64,000 nt of DNA, taken from the NCBI GenBank assembly GCA_027007005.1, contig JALTFO010000065.1, forward strand, positions 1,438 to 65,437, in the 5' to 3' direction. Below are positions 37,482-47,052 of this stretch, one piece after another. The translations under genes and the position numbers were made by a program. The first letter of the stretch is position 1, and each line of letters begins with the position of its first letter. The stretch comes from Candidatus Bipolaricaulota bacterium. GTDB taxonomy: Bacteria; Bipolaricaulota; Bipolaricaulia; UBA7950; UBA9294. The notes under the pieces were generated by a model, which saw only the letters and a program-made list of their open reading frames with translations, made no database searches and was not told where the DNA came from.

Positions 37482-38549
37482 ATGCACAAACGATTGTTCA
37501 CACCGGGGCCGACAGAAGTCCGCGCCGATATACTGAAGGAACTCGCCACGCCGCAGATTCACCACCGCGCTCCTGAGTTCTCCGACCTGTACGCTGAGAT
37601 TCAGGGCAAACTGCAGAAATTGCTGTATACGCAAAATCCTGTATTCCTGTATACCTCGTCCTCAACCGGAGCAATGGAATCAGCGGTGACAAACCTTGTA
37701 GCCAAGCGATGCCTCAACCTGGTCAACGGAGCGTTTTCGAAACGCTGGCACGAGATTACGGAGGGAAATGGTGTCCCTTGCGACGCTTTTTCGATCGACT
37801 GGAATCAAGCGCTCAAACCAGAGATGGTCGACGAGCAGTTGAGGACAGGAAAATACGATGCTGTAACACTCGTTCTAAACGAGACCTCCACAGGTATGAT
37901 GAATCCGGTGGAGCAGATCGCTGAGGTAGTAAGCTCGTACCCTGATGTATTGCTCCTTGTCGATGCGGTGAGTGGAATGGCAGGAGTGAAGATCGACACC
38001 GACGCCTGGAAGCTCGACTTTGTCCTTGCCGGCGTTCAGAAGGCGTTTGCCCTCCCCGCTGGCCTCGCAGTTGCTGCGGTCAGCGAGCGGGCACTAGAAC
38101 GGGCTAAGAGTGTTCCTCCGCGCAGCTATTATTTCAACTTGAACAACATCTACAAGTATCACAAGAAAAACCAGACTCCATCGACCCCGGCGATCCCGCA
38201 CATGTTTGCCCTGAACGCACAGCTTTCGCAGATGCTTTCAGAGGGGATCGAGAATAGATTTTCCAGGCACGAGAAGATGGCAAAGATCGTGCAATCGTGG
38301 GCGAAGAGGAACTTCGATATCTATCCCGAACAGGGGTACTGGTCTAAGACGCTTACCTGCGTAAAGAACTCGCGTGGGGTCGACGTGCCAAACCTAATCG
38401 AGAGACTGGCCGCGGAGTACAATGTACGTATTTCCAATGGGTACGGAACACTTAAAAACGAGACATTCCGCATCGCCCACATGGGTGACGCGCAGCCTGA
38501 CGAGATCGAAGGCCTACTGAGGGCGATTGATACGATCCTTGGTTTGTAG
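37482..38549 (+). CDS. class-V aminotransferase (phosphoserine / serine-glyoxylate aminotransferase type)
   Basis: The class-V fold pattern is present (LFTPGPT..., SGMAGV, GVQKAFALPAGLA with the PLP lysine). It lies directly upstream of serA. A GGAGG SD is present. Confidence 0.8.
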   Translation: MHKRLFTPGPTEVRADILKELATPQIHHRAPEFSDLYAEIQGKLQKLLYTQNPVFLYTSSSTGAMESAVTNLVAKRCLNLVNGAFSKRWHEITEGNGVPCDAFSIDWNQALKPEMVDEQLRTGKYDAVTLVLNETSTGMMNPVEQIAEVVSSYPDVLLLVDAVSGMAGVKIDTDAWKLDFVLAGVQKAFALPAGLAVAAVSERALERAKSVPPRSYYFNLNNIYKYHKKNQTPSTPAIPHMFALNAQLSQMLSEGIENRFSRHEKMAKIVQSWAKRNFDIYPEQGYWSKTLTCVKNSRGVDVPNLIERLAAEYNVRISNGYGTLKNETFRIAHMGDAQPDEIEGLLRAIDTILGL

Positions 38550-38558
38550 GGAGGTAAA

Positions 38559-39479
38559 ATGACATTCAAGGTACTTGCATCGGATCCACTAGCGAAGAGC
38601 GCTGTAGTGACGATGCGCGATGCAGGACTGACGGTCGATGAGAAGACAGATCTTTCTGTCGAGCGCCTGAAGGCTGAGATAGCTAACTACGATGCAATTG
38701 TCGTGCGTAGCGCGACCAAGTTACGCGCGGAGATCATCGACGCGGCGACGAATCTGAAGCTGATCGTACGCGCCGGCGTCGGGCTGGACAATATTGATGT
38801 CGACTACGCAAAAGCAAAGGGAATCGCCGTGCGCAACACTCCTGCGGCAAGCTCTAACTCGGTTGCCGAACTGGCGCTAGGGCACATGATCTCGCTTGCC
38901 CGCTACATTGCACGTGGAACGGTCTCGGTGAAGGGCGGCAAGTGGGAGAAGAAGGCGCTGAAAGGGATCGAGATCGATGGAAAGACGCTTGGCATAGTTG
39001 GGATCGGCCGCATCGGCCAGTCGCTAGCAAAGAAGGCAACAGCTCTCGGGATGAAGGTAATCGCCTACGACAAATTTGTCGAGGTGAGTCCACTTCCAGA
39101 GGTCGTGAAGATGGTCCCGTTTGATGACCTCCTTGCAAAAAGCGACTTCATATCGCTGCACATCCCGTTTGACCCTAAGGTTGGAGCAACGATTGGAAAG
39201 AGTGAAATCGCCAAGATGAAGGACGGTGTGCGCCTGCTCAACTGTGCCCGCGGCGGTGTGATCGATGAGGATGCACTCGCTGCAGCGTTAGCAGATGGAA
39301 AGGTTGGGGGAGCGGCCCTCGACGTATTCGCCGTCGAGCCCCCCGCAGCCGATAATCCGCTGCTCTTCCAGGAGAACGTGTCGTTTACCCCGCACATCGG
39401 GGCGTCGACGGTAGAGGCACAGGCGCGCGTCGGCGCGGAGGCAGCAGCGACGGTCATCGAGTTTGCCAGATCTCACTAG
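38559..39479 (+). CDS. serA: D-3-phosphoglycerate dehydrogenase (short form) / D-2-hydroxyacid dehydrogenase
   Basis: The NAD motif GIVGIGRIGQSLA is present, with the catalytic segments LLNCARGGVIDE and FTPHIGAST. A GGGAGG SD is present. Confidence 0.8.
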   Translation: MTFKVLASDPLAKSAVVTMRDAGLTVDEKTDLSVERLKAEIANYDAIVVRSATKLRAEIIDAATNLKLIVRAGVGLDNIDVDYAKAKGIAVRNTPAASSNSVAELALGHMISLARYIARGTVSVKGGKWEKKALKGIEIDGKTLGIVGIGRIGQSLAKKATALGMKVIAYDKFVEVSPLPEVVKMVPFDDLLAKSDFISLHIPFDPKVGATIGKSEIAKMKDGVRLLNCARGGVIDEDALAAALADGKVGGAALDVFAVEPPAADNPLLFQENVSFTPHIGASTVEAQARVGAEAAATVIEFARSH

Positions 39480-39487
39480 GAGGTAAA

Positions 39488-40789
39488 ATGGCTCATGTAA
39501 TCCCATTTCGCGGAGTGCGCTACAATACCTCTCGCGCCGGTAAGGTAAGCGACCTCGTTGCTCAACCCTACGATCGTATCGGGGAGGCGGAGCAAGCAGT
39601 CTACTATAAACGCAGCCCATACAACATCGTGCGCATCATCAAAGGGGTTGCGCAGCCGGGCGATAACGGGGAGAACGTCTACACCCGCGCCGCCGCCTAC
39701 CTCCAGAAGTGGATCGATGAAGGAATCCTCGTGCGCGATGAGACCCCATCGGTGTATGTCTACCACCAGGAGTACAGCTTCGGTGGGGAGCGCCTGACGC
39801 GCAAGGGTTTCATTGCTCTGGGGAAGCTCGAACCGGGCGGGGTGCACGCCCACGAGAAGACGCTTAGGGGACCGAAGGAGGACCGTTTGCGCTTGATGCG
39901 TACTACCGAGGGGAATTTCGGGCACATTTTCATGCTCTACTCCGACCCGCAGAGGCGTGCCGACACCGCTCTTGACGCTGTGATTGCAGGAGTCGAACCG
40001 ACGATCAAGGCGGTGGATGACTTTGGGAACGACCACTATGTCTGGCAAGTGACCGATCCTGATGTGATCTCCGTTGTTCAGGGTGCAGTGTCAGAAAAGG
40101 ACCTGTACATCGCCGATGGGCATCACCGCTACGAAACAGCGGTCAACTTCATGCGCGAGTGCCAAGAGAAGGGTTGGCGTCCTGCCACGCCCGAGTCGTT
40201 CGACGTGAGAATGATGACGTTGTTTAATATCGACGAACCGGGGATGACGATCCGGCCGATCCATCGCTTGGTGCACGCGCTTGACGACTTCAACGTGGAA
40301 ACCTTCCTGAAGCGAGCGGAGAGTGACTTTGAGGTCGTGCGTTACTCTTCACTTGTCGAGATGGAACGGGGAGTCGCCGCGCGAAGGGAGCATCACGCCT
40401 TTGGGTTCTATAGCGGTGGTGTATATGCATCTCTTACTCTGCGCGACGAAAAACTGATGGACAAGCTCATTGCCGGAAACTGGTCGCGCGACTGGAAGCG
40501 CCTAGATGTATCGATTCTGCACACGGTGATTCTCGACCGCTTGCTGGGAATTGACGCAAGGGCGCTCGAAGAGCAGAGGAACATCACCTATGCTCACGAC
40601 CCACAAGAAGGGGTGGATGCTGTCGATAGCTCAAAAGAGCAGATCTTCTTCCTTCTTAACCCCACAAGGCCATCGCAGGTGAGGCAGGTAGCTGACCATG
40701 GTGAGAAGATGCCTCAAAAGTCGACTGACTTCTATCCCAAGCTCCTCACCGGACTAGTGCTATCCAAGATGGAGATCGACAAGGGCTGA
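39488..40789 (+). CDS. DUF1015-family protein
   Basis: The N-terminus reads IPFRGVRYN and the motif YIADGHHRYETA is present. Both, as far as I recall, are characteristic of DUF1015. A GGAGG SD is present, 8 nt after serA. Confidence 0.8.
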   Translation: MAHVIPFRGVRYNTSRAGKVSDLVAQPYDRIGEAEQAVYYKRSPYNIVRIIKGVAQPGDNGENVYTRAAAYLQKWIDEGILVRDETPSVYVYHQEYSFGGERLTRKGFIALGKLEPGGVHAHEKTLRGPKEDRLRLMRTTEGNFGHIFMLYSDPQRRADTALDAVIAGVEPTIKAVDDFGNDHYVWQVTDPDVISVVQGAVSEKDLYIADGHHRYETAVNFMRECQEKGWRPATPESFDVRMMTLFNIDEPGMTIRPIHRLVHALDDFNVETFLKRAESDFEVVRYSSLVEMERGVAARREHHAFGFYSGGVYASLTLRDEKLMDKLIAGNWSRDWKRLDVSILHTVILDRLLGIDARALEEQRNITYAHDPQEGVDAVDSSKEQIFFLLNPTRPSQVRQVADHGEKMPQKSTDFYPKLLTGLVLSKMEIDKG

Positions 40790-40804
40790 GCTACACAATA
40801 GTGT

Positions 40805-40852
40805 GGGCGCGTTTTCTAGCAACCTTTGCAAATAGGAAAGCGCGCCCTTTTC
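40805..40852. terminator. bidirectional hairpin terminator between convergent operons
   Basis: GGGCGCGUUUUCU pairs with GGAAAGCGCGCCC in a stem of about 13 bp with a 16-nt loop, followed by UUUUCC on the plus strand. Confidence 0.6.
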
Positions 40853-40856
40853 CTAT

Positions 40857-41525
40857 CTATGACTCCGCGTGTTCTCCCAGGCCCGGTATGTGCACTCTCT
40901 TTTCCAACAGGCGCAACAGTTGTGTGATGATGAATACCAGCGCCAGGTAGAACAGCGCAACAACCACGTATACCTCAAAGTAGCGGAAGTTATGCGATGC
41001 GATGCGTTTTCCCACTCCCATCAGGTCAAGAAGCGTTATTGAGAAGACAATTGACGAGTACTTAAGCATGAGGATGAGTTCATTTGACCACGAAGGTATA
41101 ACGATGCGAAACGCCTGTGGAAGGACAATGTAGCGTGCAGCTTGTACCATATTCATCCCCATCGAACGGGCGGCGAGGAGCTGCCCACTCTTCACGGCTT
41201 GGATCGCTCCGCGGAAGTACTCCGCTTGGTAGGCAGCAGTGTTCAATCCCAGAGCTAAGACGCCACTGGTAAACGCCGAGAAGCGAATCCCCCAGGCGGG
41301 GAGGCCATAGTAGACCATAAGTAGCTGCACCAACAATGGAGTTCCCCGAAAGATCTGGATGTAGATGCTAGCTGGGATGGAGAGCCATTTCCCTCCGTAG
41401 ACTCTCATCAGTGCCAGTATGACACCGAATGCGAAGCCAAATGCTATGCATGTTACAGTTATCTCCAGAGTCAAGATCAATCCGTGCGCCAGTTGAGGAA
41501 GCCAAGCCCAATCAAAGACCATCAC
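40857..41525 (-). CDS. polar amino-acid ABC transporter permease
   Basis: This belongs to the HisM/GlnP-type permease family ([24 protein letters not shown] loop). Confidence 0.85.
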   Translation of the reverse strand: MMVFDWAWLPQLAHGLILTLEITVTCIAFGFAFGVILALMRVYGGKWLSIPASIYIQIFRGTPLLVQLLMVYYGLPAWGIRFSAFTSGVLALGLNTAAYQAEYFRGAIQAVKSGQLLAARSMGMNMVQAARYIVLPQAFRIVIPSWSNELILMLKYSSIVFSITLLDLMGVGKRIASHNFRYFEVYVVVALFYLALVFIITQLLRLLEKRVHIPGLGEHAES

Positions 41526-42271
41526 TCAGCCTCCCCGTATAGCTCATTGATCTTGTGCAGGAACTCGCCGGTGCGTTTGTGTTGTGGATGTGCGAACATC
41601 TGACCGGGTGAACCCTGCTCCACGATCACACCGTTCTCCATGAAGATGATCTCATCCGCCACCGAGCGGGCAAATCCCATCTCATGGGTGACGACGAGCA
41701 TCGTCATCCCCTCCTTGGCCAGGTTGATCATCACTGTGAGAACCTCGCCGATCAGCTCGGGATCAAGTGCCGATGTTGGCTCGTCGAACAGGATCAGCTT
41801 GGGCGACATGGCAAGCGCTCGGGCTATCGATACCCGCTGCTTCTGTCCGCCGGAGAGCTGAGCAGGATACGCGTTCGCCTTGTCGCTTAGTCCGACGCGC
41901 TCCAGCTCCTCCATCGCCAGCTTGGTTGCAGCATCCTTGTTCATCCCTTTAACCTTGATAGGACCGATGCGCACGTTGCGCAGGGCAGTCAGATGAGAGA
42001 ACAGATTAAAGCTCTGGAATACGAACCCCATTTCAGCACGCAGAGCATTGATGTGCGCCTTTGGAGCAGTTACTTCTTCCCCGTCCAGCCACACCTCTCC
42101 GGCATCGGGGGGGCTCAGGCGATTGATACAGCGCAGCAGCGTGCTCTTCCCTGTCCCCGAAGGTCCGATTATGACCTTTGTTTCTCCCTGTTCGAGAGAG
42201 AACGAGACACCCTTCAGTACCTCTAGCCCTCCATATGCCTTGTGAATATCCTTGATCGTAAGCAGACTCAT
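41522..42271 (-). CDS. polar amino-acid ABC transporter ATP-binding protein
   Basis: Walker A (GPSGTGKST), the ABC signature ([15 protein letters not shown]) and Walker B ([11 protein letters not shown]) are present. Confidence 0.9.
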   Translation of the reverse strand: MSLLTIKDIHKAYGGLEVLKGVSFSLEQGETKVIIGPSGTGKSTLLRCINRLSPPDAGEVWLDGEEVTAPKAHINALRAEMGFVFQSFNLFSHLTALRNVRIGPIKVKGMNKDAATKLAMEELERVGLSDKANAYPAQLSGGQKQRVSIARALAMSPKLILFDEPTSALDPELIGEVLTVMINLAKEGMTMLVVTHEMGFARSVADEIIFMENGVIVEQGSPGQMFAHPQHKRTGEFLHKINELYGEAE

Positions 42272-42993
42272 GCCTCTCTTGTACCTCCTCCCACCATCTG
42301 CAGTCCGGGAATCCTCAACCTTTTCTCCAGCCTTCCCAGGCTCCAGTTTCCCGCATATGTGAGCACAAGGAAGATGAGAGCGACGCTCAGGTAGGCGAGC
42401 ATCGCTAAATCGTAATGCCGGTCGGTTATGATTCGGACTTTACGCAGGACCTCATTGAGACCGACAACATAAGCGAGGGTTGTATCCTTGACGACAGATG
42501 AAAACTCGTTGGACCAGCCGGCTATGGAGATGCGCAGCGCCTGCGGAATGATGATGAGGAATATCGCGCGAACGCGAGTCATCCCCATAGAGCGTGCAGC
42601 CATCATCTGGCCGTGTGGTATCGCTTGCAGTGCCCCTCGAAAGATCTGCGATTGATACGCCGAAGAGCGCAGCCCGAGCGCCAACGTTGCTGCAATAAAT
42701 GGCGGGATATCAATCCCAAACTCCGATGGGCCAAAGTAGAACAAGAAGAGTAAAACGATCGCGGGGATACTGCGAAAGATCCACGCATATCCTGAGGCAA
42801 GTGTGCCAAAAAAACGTCCGCCGTACACCTGCAACAGAGCGACCAACGTTCCGACGAGAAGCCCGAGGACCAGTAGAGCAAACGCAAGCTCTATGTTGAT
42901 CAAGGTGCCTCGCAGGAGCATGGGTAAGCTCTTTATGATGACAGCAATTCCTGCTATGACAACCTCCCTTGCAAAAAAGCACAGGGGCCCCAA
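42268..42993 (-). CDS. polar amino-acid ABC transporter permease
   Basis: The EAA loop [21 protein letters not shown] is present. The start is uncertain (TTG at 42993 or ATG at 42921). Confidence 0.8.
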   Translation of the reverse strand: MGPLCFFAREVVIAGIAVIIKSLPMLLRGTLINIELAFALLVLGLLVGTLVALLQVYGGRFFGTLASGYAWIFRSIPAIVLLFLFYFGPSEFGIDIPPFIAATLALGLRSSAYQSQIFRGALQAIPHGQMMAARSMGMTRVRAIFLIIIPQALRISIAGWSNEFSSVVKDTTLAYVVGLNEVLRKVRIITDRHYDLAMLAYLSVALIFLVLTYAGNWSLGRLEKRLRIPGLQMVGGGTREA

Positions 42994-43026
42994 GTAGAGC
43001 TGGCCCCTGCTAGTTTAATCCGTCGT

Positions 43027-43932
43027 CTATTTGGTTGCTTCTTCAGCGAACTTCGCAGCAAAGCCTTCTACGTTCTTGTCAACTAAGAGTAGGTCCTTGC
43101 TCGCTAACCATGCGGCCTCGATCTTCTCGTTCGTCGGCCCAAAGTATGCCTTCAGGAGATTATCCCAAACGCTACCTGGCGTGACGACCAGTTTCTGCAT
43201 CCCGCCGGCGGTTGGCAAGACCGTCAGTCCGAGCTTGGCTATACCGTCGTTGATCTTCGGCAAAAGACCATTTGGGTCACCCTTGGCAACGAGGAACCCG
43301 AAATACTCGTTGGTGTTAATCACACCAGCGATTGTCAGAAGATTCGGATAGGCAGCCAACGAGGATTGCGATGCCGGTTCATCCTGAATGACCGCATCGA
43401 TGCGTTTGTTCACCAAGTCAAGGATCGCCGTTGGATAGTATTCGTACCCCTTTACGGTGGTGCCAATCCCATTCTTGTCCGCCCAATCGAAGCCGGTCGT
43501 TCCGTTCTGTGCCCCGATCGCTTTCGTTGGTCCTTGCCCCGCAAGAGCGCTAACGATGTTCAGCCCAGAATCTTTGCGGATAACAACCGCCTGGTTCGAG
43601 AGGTAGTACGGCTGTGAAAAGTCGATCGACTTTGCTCGATCAGCGGTGATGGTGAATCCAGAAGCACCGATGTCCGCTTTGCCACTCTTGACCGAGTCGA
43701 TAATAGTGTCAAACGAGGTATTCTTGATGGTGATATCGAACCCCTCGGTAATCGCTATGCACCGCATCACATCAAGATCGAACCCGAAGAACTGACCGTC
43801 CGCAGTTACCATCTCAAACGGCGCCCACGGAATGTCCGACGCAACGATATACTTATCACTCGCGAAGGCAAGTCCGGTACCCAAAACGAGAACCATGCTC
43901 AACGCGACCACACCAACAAACAGCTTCTTCAT
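43027..43932 (-). CDS. amino-acid ABC transporter substrate-binding protein (family 3)
   Basis: The protein has a signal peptide (MKKLFVGVVALSMVLVLGTGLAFA) and family-3 SBP motifs (FDLDVMRCIA, GFTITADR). Confidence 0.85.
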   Translation of the reverse strand: MKKLFVGVVALSMVLVLGTGLAFASDKYIVASDIPWAPFEMVTADGQFFGFDLDVMRCIAITEGFDITIKNTSFDTIIDSVKSGKADIGASGFTITADRAKSIDFSQPYYLSNQAVVIRKDSGLNIVSALAGQGPTKAIGAQNGTTGFDWADKNGIGTTVKGYEYYPTAILDLVNKRIDAVIQDEPASQSSLAAYPNLLTIAGVINTNEYFGFLVAKGDPNGLLPKINDGIAKLGLTVLPTAGGMQKLVVTPGSVWDNLLKAYFGPTNEKIEAAWLASKDLLLVDKNVEGFAAKFAEEATK

Positions 43933-44123
43933 AAATCACACCTCCTTAAGTGTTTCTAGACTAGCACAATGCGTAGGCGCAAGTCAAGTGCTATCTCACG
44001 TAACGTCGAATCTGACACGTGTCCCGCTGTTATCGGACAAAGCTGTGACTATCCGCGCTCCTGTTTCCCCGCGCTGCGAGGTCACCTTGCATACTATCCA
44101 GATGAAGTCTTAAGGAGGTTGTC

Positions 44124-45323
44124 ATGCCGCGGATCTACATCTACTTTGCTGTCTTGCTCTTGCTGGTTGGTCTGATAACGACGGGGGCCATGGCCGACGA
44201 TGCCTGTTGCCCTCCCGGTTCAGGGCTGGGATTCTCGGGGAGTGTCGGTCTTGAGGTTACGTTCACCCCAATTCCTCCCCTGTCGTACAACATCGAGTCA
44301 GGGCTGTCGCTGTCCCTCAGCGTGTCCGGCCTTGCGTTTGCATCACACACGGTCTTTCAGCTGTCCGGTTTCGAGTCGCAGGGTCTCTCTTTTGACGTCA
44401 GTTTAGGAGCAGTTCAAGTAGGTGATGACATACTGTTTGATCCGTACTTCAGTTGGAATGATTTGTCCGTAGCCGCGCAGATCGTTGGGATAGAGATCGG
44501 AACCGATCTGATACTTGCCGATATTGGAAGCGTCCAGACGCCGGAGTACAGCATGGCTGCTATCCTAAAACTATCAAGCGGGGTCAACTGCGGGTTCTCC
44601 ATTACGACGCTCACCGGTTTCGGTGCGACCGACCTTGTAAACATGCTCGGTGGAATCGACGCTCCCTTCTCACACGATATGCTGAGCCTCTTCTATCACA
44701 CACAATTCCTCTTCGCAAGTGCGGCTTCCACAAAGGTAACAGTTGTCTCCGGCTTCTACTTCGAGGAAGAATTAGTGCGCCTGCAGATGGATTACATGGG
44801 ACTTCTGTCAAGCAGCACAACATGGTTCAACTTTACAGGGTTTTCTAAGGAAGTCCTGGAAATTGGGTATCGCTTTGAAGAACCATCCCTGGGCTTTCTC
44901 GGTGCGGTCACGTTCAACGATTCCTTCTTCATAAGCTCCCTCGATTTCATCCTTGACCTACAGATAGACCCGGTACGCTTCACGAGCCACACGAGCTTCG
45001 CTGCCACCACACCTCCAGCCACACTGCCAATTGCATTCTCAGGACAGGGATTTGCCCTCTCATTTGCGGTGTGTGACCAGGTAACGCTAACCTCCACCAC
45101 ACTCTTTGATGCCACATTCATGTTTGCCGAACAGGACCTGGCGATCGAGGCTAAGATCGATCCGGTCAGTTTGACGAGTCTGACTACGTTTGATCCAAGC
45201 GGGTTCTCCGGCGAGTGGATAAAAGCAGAGGTCACCTTCTCTGGCGTGAGCCTGTACACGCGCGCAGGCTTCGATTTCAGCGGCATAATCTCCGTCTCCT
45301 TTGGTTTTGAGATGACGTTCTAG
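44124..45323 (+). CDS. secreted beta-strand-rich protein, possible outer-membrane beta-barrel
   Basis: A signal peptide ends AMA|DD. The sequence is rich in S/T/F/L/G with few charged residues. The C-terminus ISVSFGFEMTF alternates hydrophobic residues and ends in Phe, like an OMP beta-signal. AAGGAGG lies upstream. I recognise no family. Confidence 0.5.
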   Translation: MPRIYIYFAVLLLLVGLITTGAMADDACCPPGSGLGFSGSVGLEVTFTPIPPLSYNIESGLSLSLSVSGLAFASHTVFQLSGFESQGLSFDVSLGAVQVGDDILFDPYFSWNDLSVAAQIVGIEIGTDLILADIGSVQTPEYSMAAILKLSSGVNCGFSITTLTGFGATDLVNMLGGIDAPFSHDMLSLFYHTQFLFASAASTKVTVVSGFYFEEELVRLQMDYMGLLSSSTTWFNFTGFSKEVLEIGYRFEEPSLGFLGAVTFNDSFFISSLDFILDLQIDPVRFTSHTSFAATTPPATLPIAFSGQGFALSFAVCDQVTLTSTTLFDATFMFAEQDLAIEAKIDPVSLTSLTTFDPSGFSGEWIKAEVTFSGVSLYTRAGFDFSGIISVSFGFEMTF

Positions 45324-45329
45324 AGCAAG

Positions 45330-46013
45330 ATGCCACAAAAAGACGCTTCTCACGACCAAAACATAGATGACCTCCTGGTGCTATTAGCGGCGGGTTCAGG
45401 GGATAAGGACAAGATTCGCGAGAAGATCTTGGGGCATACGACATTCTTGATCGATGAAACAATCGATGAGAGTTTCTCCCAGAGCGGTTTCTCGCATGAG
45501 GATCTGTTCCGTGCTGGCTACCTCGGCTTACTGAACGCGACCTACAACATAGAGTTCGCGCACGAGAAGGAGTTCTACGACTACGCGAGGAACCTGATCA
45601 AGGGAGAAATCCGTCAGCACATCCGAAGCCACATCAAACGGACAGAGTTCCCGCATTGGATGAACGGGTTGAACAGACAGATCGAGGAGGCGCAGATCCG
45701 TTTGCTGCACGAGCTCAATAGACTTCCAACCCTTGCGGAGCTTTCAGATGCGGTTAACCTGACCGAGGAAGGAATCGCCGAAATTCTCAAGGCACGCGAG
45801 GCACTAAATTACGTCTCGATCGACGAAACGCAACGGCGAAACGACCCCTTGCCAGAGATCGACCAGTCGAGAATCAGGAACAAACGACCGGAGGCTTTCC
45901 CAATCCAGTACCGTATTCGAATCGCAACAGCACTGGAAAAGTTCGGAGATCTGCAGCAATACCTGTTTAAGAATCTCTTCTCATCGGAGCACGATCAACA
46001 AAGCGGTCGGTGA
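45330..46013 (+). CDS. sigma-70-family protein (SigF/FliA-like regions 2-4.1) apparently lacking region 4.2
   Basis: Region 2 (DLFRAGYLGLLNATYNIEF...YARNLIKGEIRQHIR), region 3 (LPTLAELSDAVNLTEEGI) and a 4.1-like segment (ALEKFGDLQQYLFKNLF) are present. The ORF then stops where the 4.2 HTH would begin. Confidence 0.65.
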   Translation: MPQKDASHDQNIDDLLVLLAAGSGDKDKIREKILGHTTFLIDETIDESFSQSGFSHEDLFRAGYLGLLNATYNIEFAHEKEFYDYARNLIKGEIRQHIRSHIKRTEFPHWMNGLNRQIEEAQIRLLHELNRLPTLAELSDAVNLTEEGIAEILKAREALNYVSIDETQRRNDPLPEIDQSRIRNKRPEAFPIQYRIRIATALEKFGDLQQYLFKNLFSSEHDQQSGR

Positions 46014-46019
46014 TCTCCG

Positions 46020-46934
46020 TTGAAGGTTGAGCCTTCCATGCGCGTGTGGCCGACCGTGCGTGCCCTCACGCTGCATGCGCTCGATTGGAGCGGTTGGGCC
46101 GCGTTTCTGCCCACACTCGCCATCCTGGCCATCACTTCGCACACTTTCGGTTGGCCCACACTTAGTGTGGATCATGAGCACATGCTGATTACCCCGGAGG
46201 TGCGCATCTGGCTAACGGTGATCGCGGAGCTGACTAGCCTCTCCATGTTCATTCTCTCCTGGCGCTTCATCGAGCACAAGACACTGCGTGACATGCTCCT
46301 GGCTCACTCTTACGCGATGTGGCGCCCGCTCCTCGTAGGGCTTTTCATGGGAGCCAGCGGAATCGCCCTGGTCACATTGGGAATGATGGCAAGCGGCTGC
46401 CTGCGCTTGGCCTGGGGTAATGTTGTGATCTCAAGACATGCCGCGCTTAGTGTCGTGGGACTCGTAATCTCATCATCTCTTCTCGGTCCTATCACAGAGG
46501 AGACCGAATCGCGTGGATACCTGTTTCAGAATGTCTTCCGGGGCTGGGGTGCAACTATTGCGACGATCATTACAGCACTCGTCTTTGCCGCCCGGCACCT
46601 GCAAAACCCTAACGTGAGCGCACTGGGAATAATAAACATCGCTCTCTTCTCGATCGGACTCACTGTGGGGATGTTGCGCTTGCGATCATTGTGGTACACG
46701 ATTGGATGGCATGCCGCGTGGAACTTCTGCCTCGTATTTATCCTCGGTCTGCCCACCTCAGGTTACTCGCTTGCGGGATTCGACATTGCCAGAGCAAGCC
46801 TCTTCTCCTCGGTTTCCTCTGGAAATGAGTGGTTGACAGGTGGCGGCTTCGGCCCCGAGGGGAGCATTCTTGCTAGCGTCGTGATCCTGCTTCAAATCAT
46901 CATTATGTGGCGCATTCCAGTGAAGGCTTCTTGA
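46020..46934 (+). CDS. CPBP-family (CAAX/Rce1-like) intramembrane metalloprotease
   Basis: The motifs EETESRGY (EExxxR), FAARHL (FxxxH) and WHAAWNF (HxxxN) sit within a polytopic protein. The start is TTG at 46020 or ATG at 46038. Confidence 0.8.
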   Translation: MKVEPSMRVWPTVRALTLHALDWSGWAAFLPTLAILAITSHTFGWPTLSVDHEHMLITPEVRIWLTVIAELTSLSMFILSWRFIEHKTLRDMLLAHSYAMWRPLLVGLFMGASGIALVTLGMMASGCLRLAWGNVVISRHAALSVVGLVISSSLLGPITEETESRGYLFQNVFRGWGATIATIITALVFAARHLQNPNVSALGIINIALFSIGLTVGMLRLRSLWYTIGWHAAWNFCLVFILGLPTSGYSLAGFDIARASLFSSVSSGNEWLTGGGFGPEGSILASVVILLQIIIMWRIPVKAS

Positions 46935-46974
46935 CAGACGAGCTTAGCTAGCCTATAGTCGATTATTGTAATAG

Positions 46975-47046
46975 GGGTCCATAGCTCAGCGGCAGAGCAA
47001 CCGGCTCATAACCGGTCGGTCCCAGGTTCGAACCCTGGTGGGCCCA
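46975..47046 (+). tRNA. tRNA-Met (anticodon CAU), elongator type, or possibly tRNA-Ile2 before lysidine modification
   Basis: I folded the cloverleaf by hand. The acceptor pairs GGGUCCA with UGGGCCC, the D arm GCUC with GAGC, and the anticodon stem ACCGG with CCGGU around the loop CUCAUAA. The T arm pairs CCAGG with CCUGG around UUCGAAC, and the discriminator is A. CCA is not encoded. G1-C72 argues against an initiator. Confidence 0.9.
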
Positions 47047-47052
47047 CAGGAC

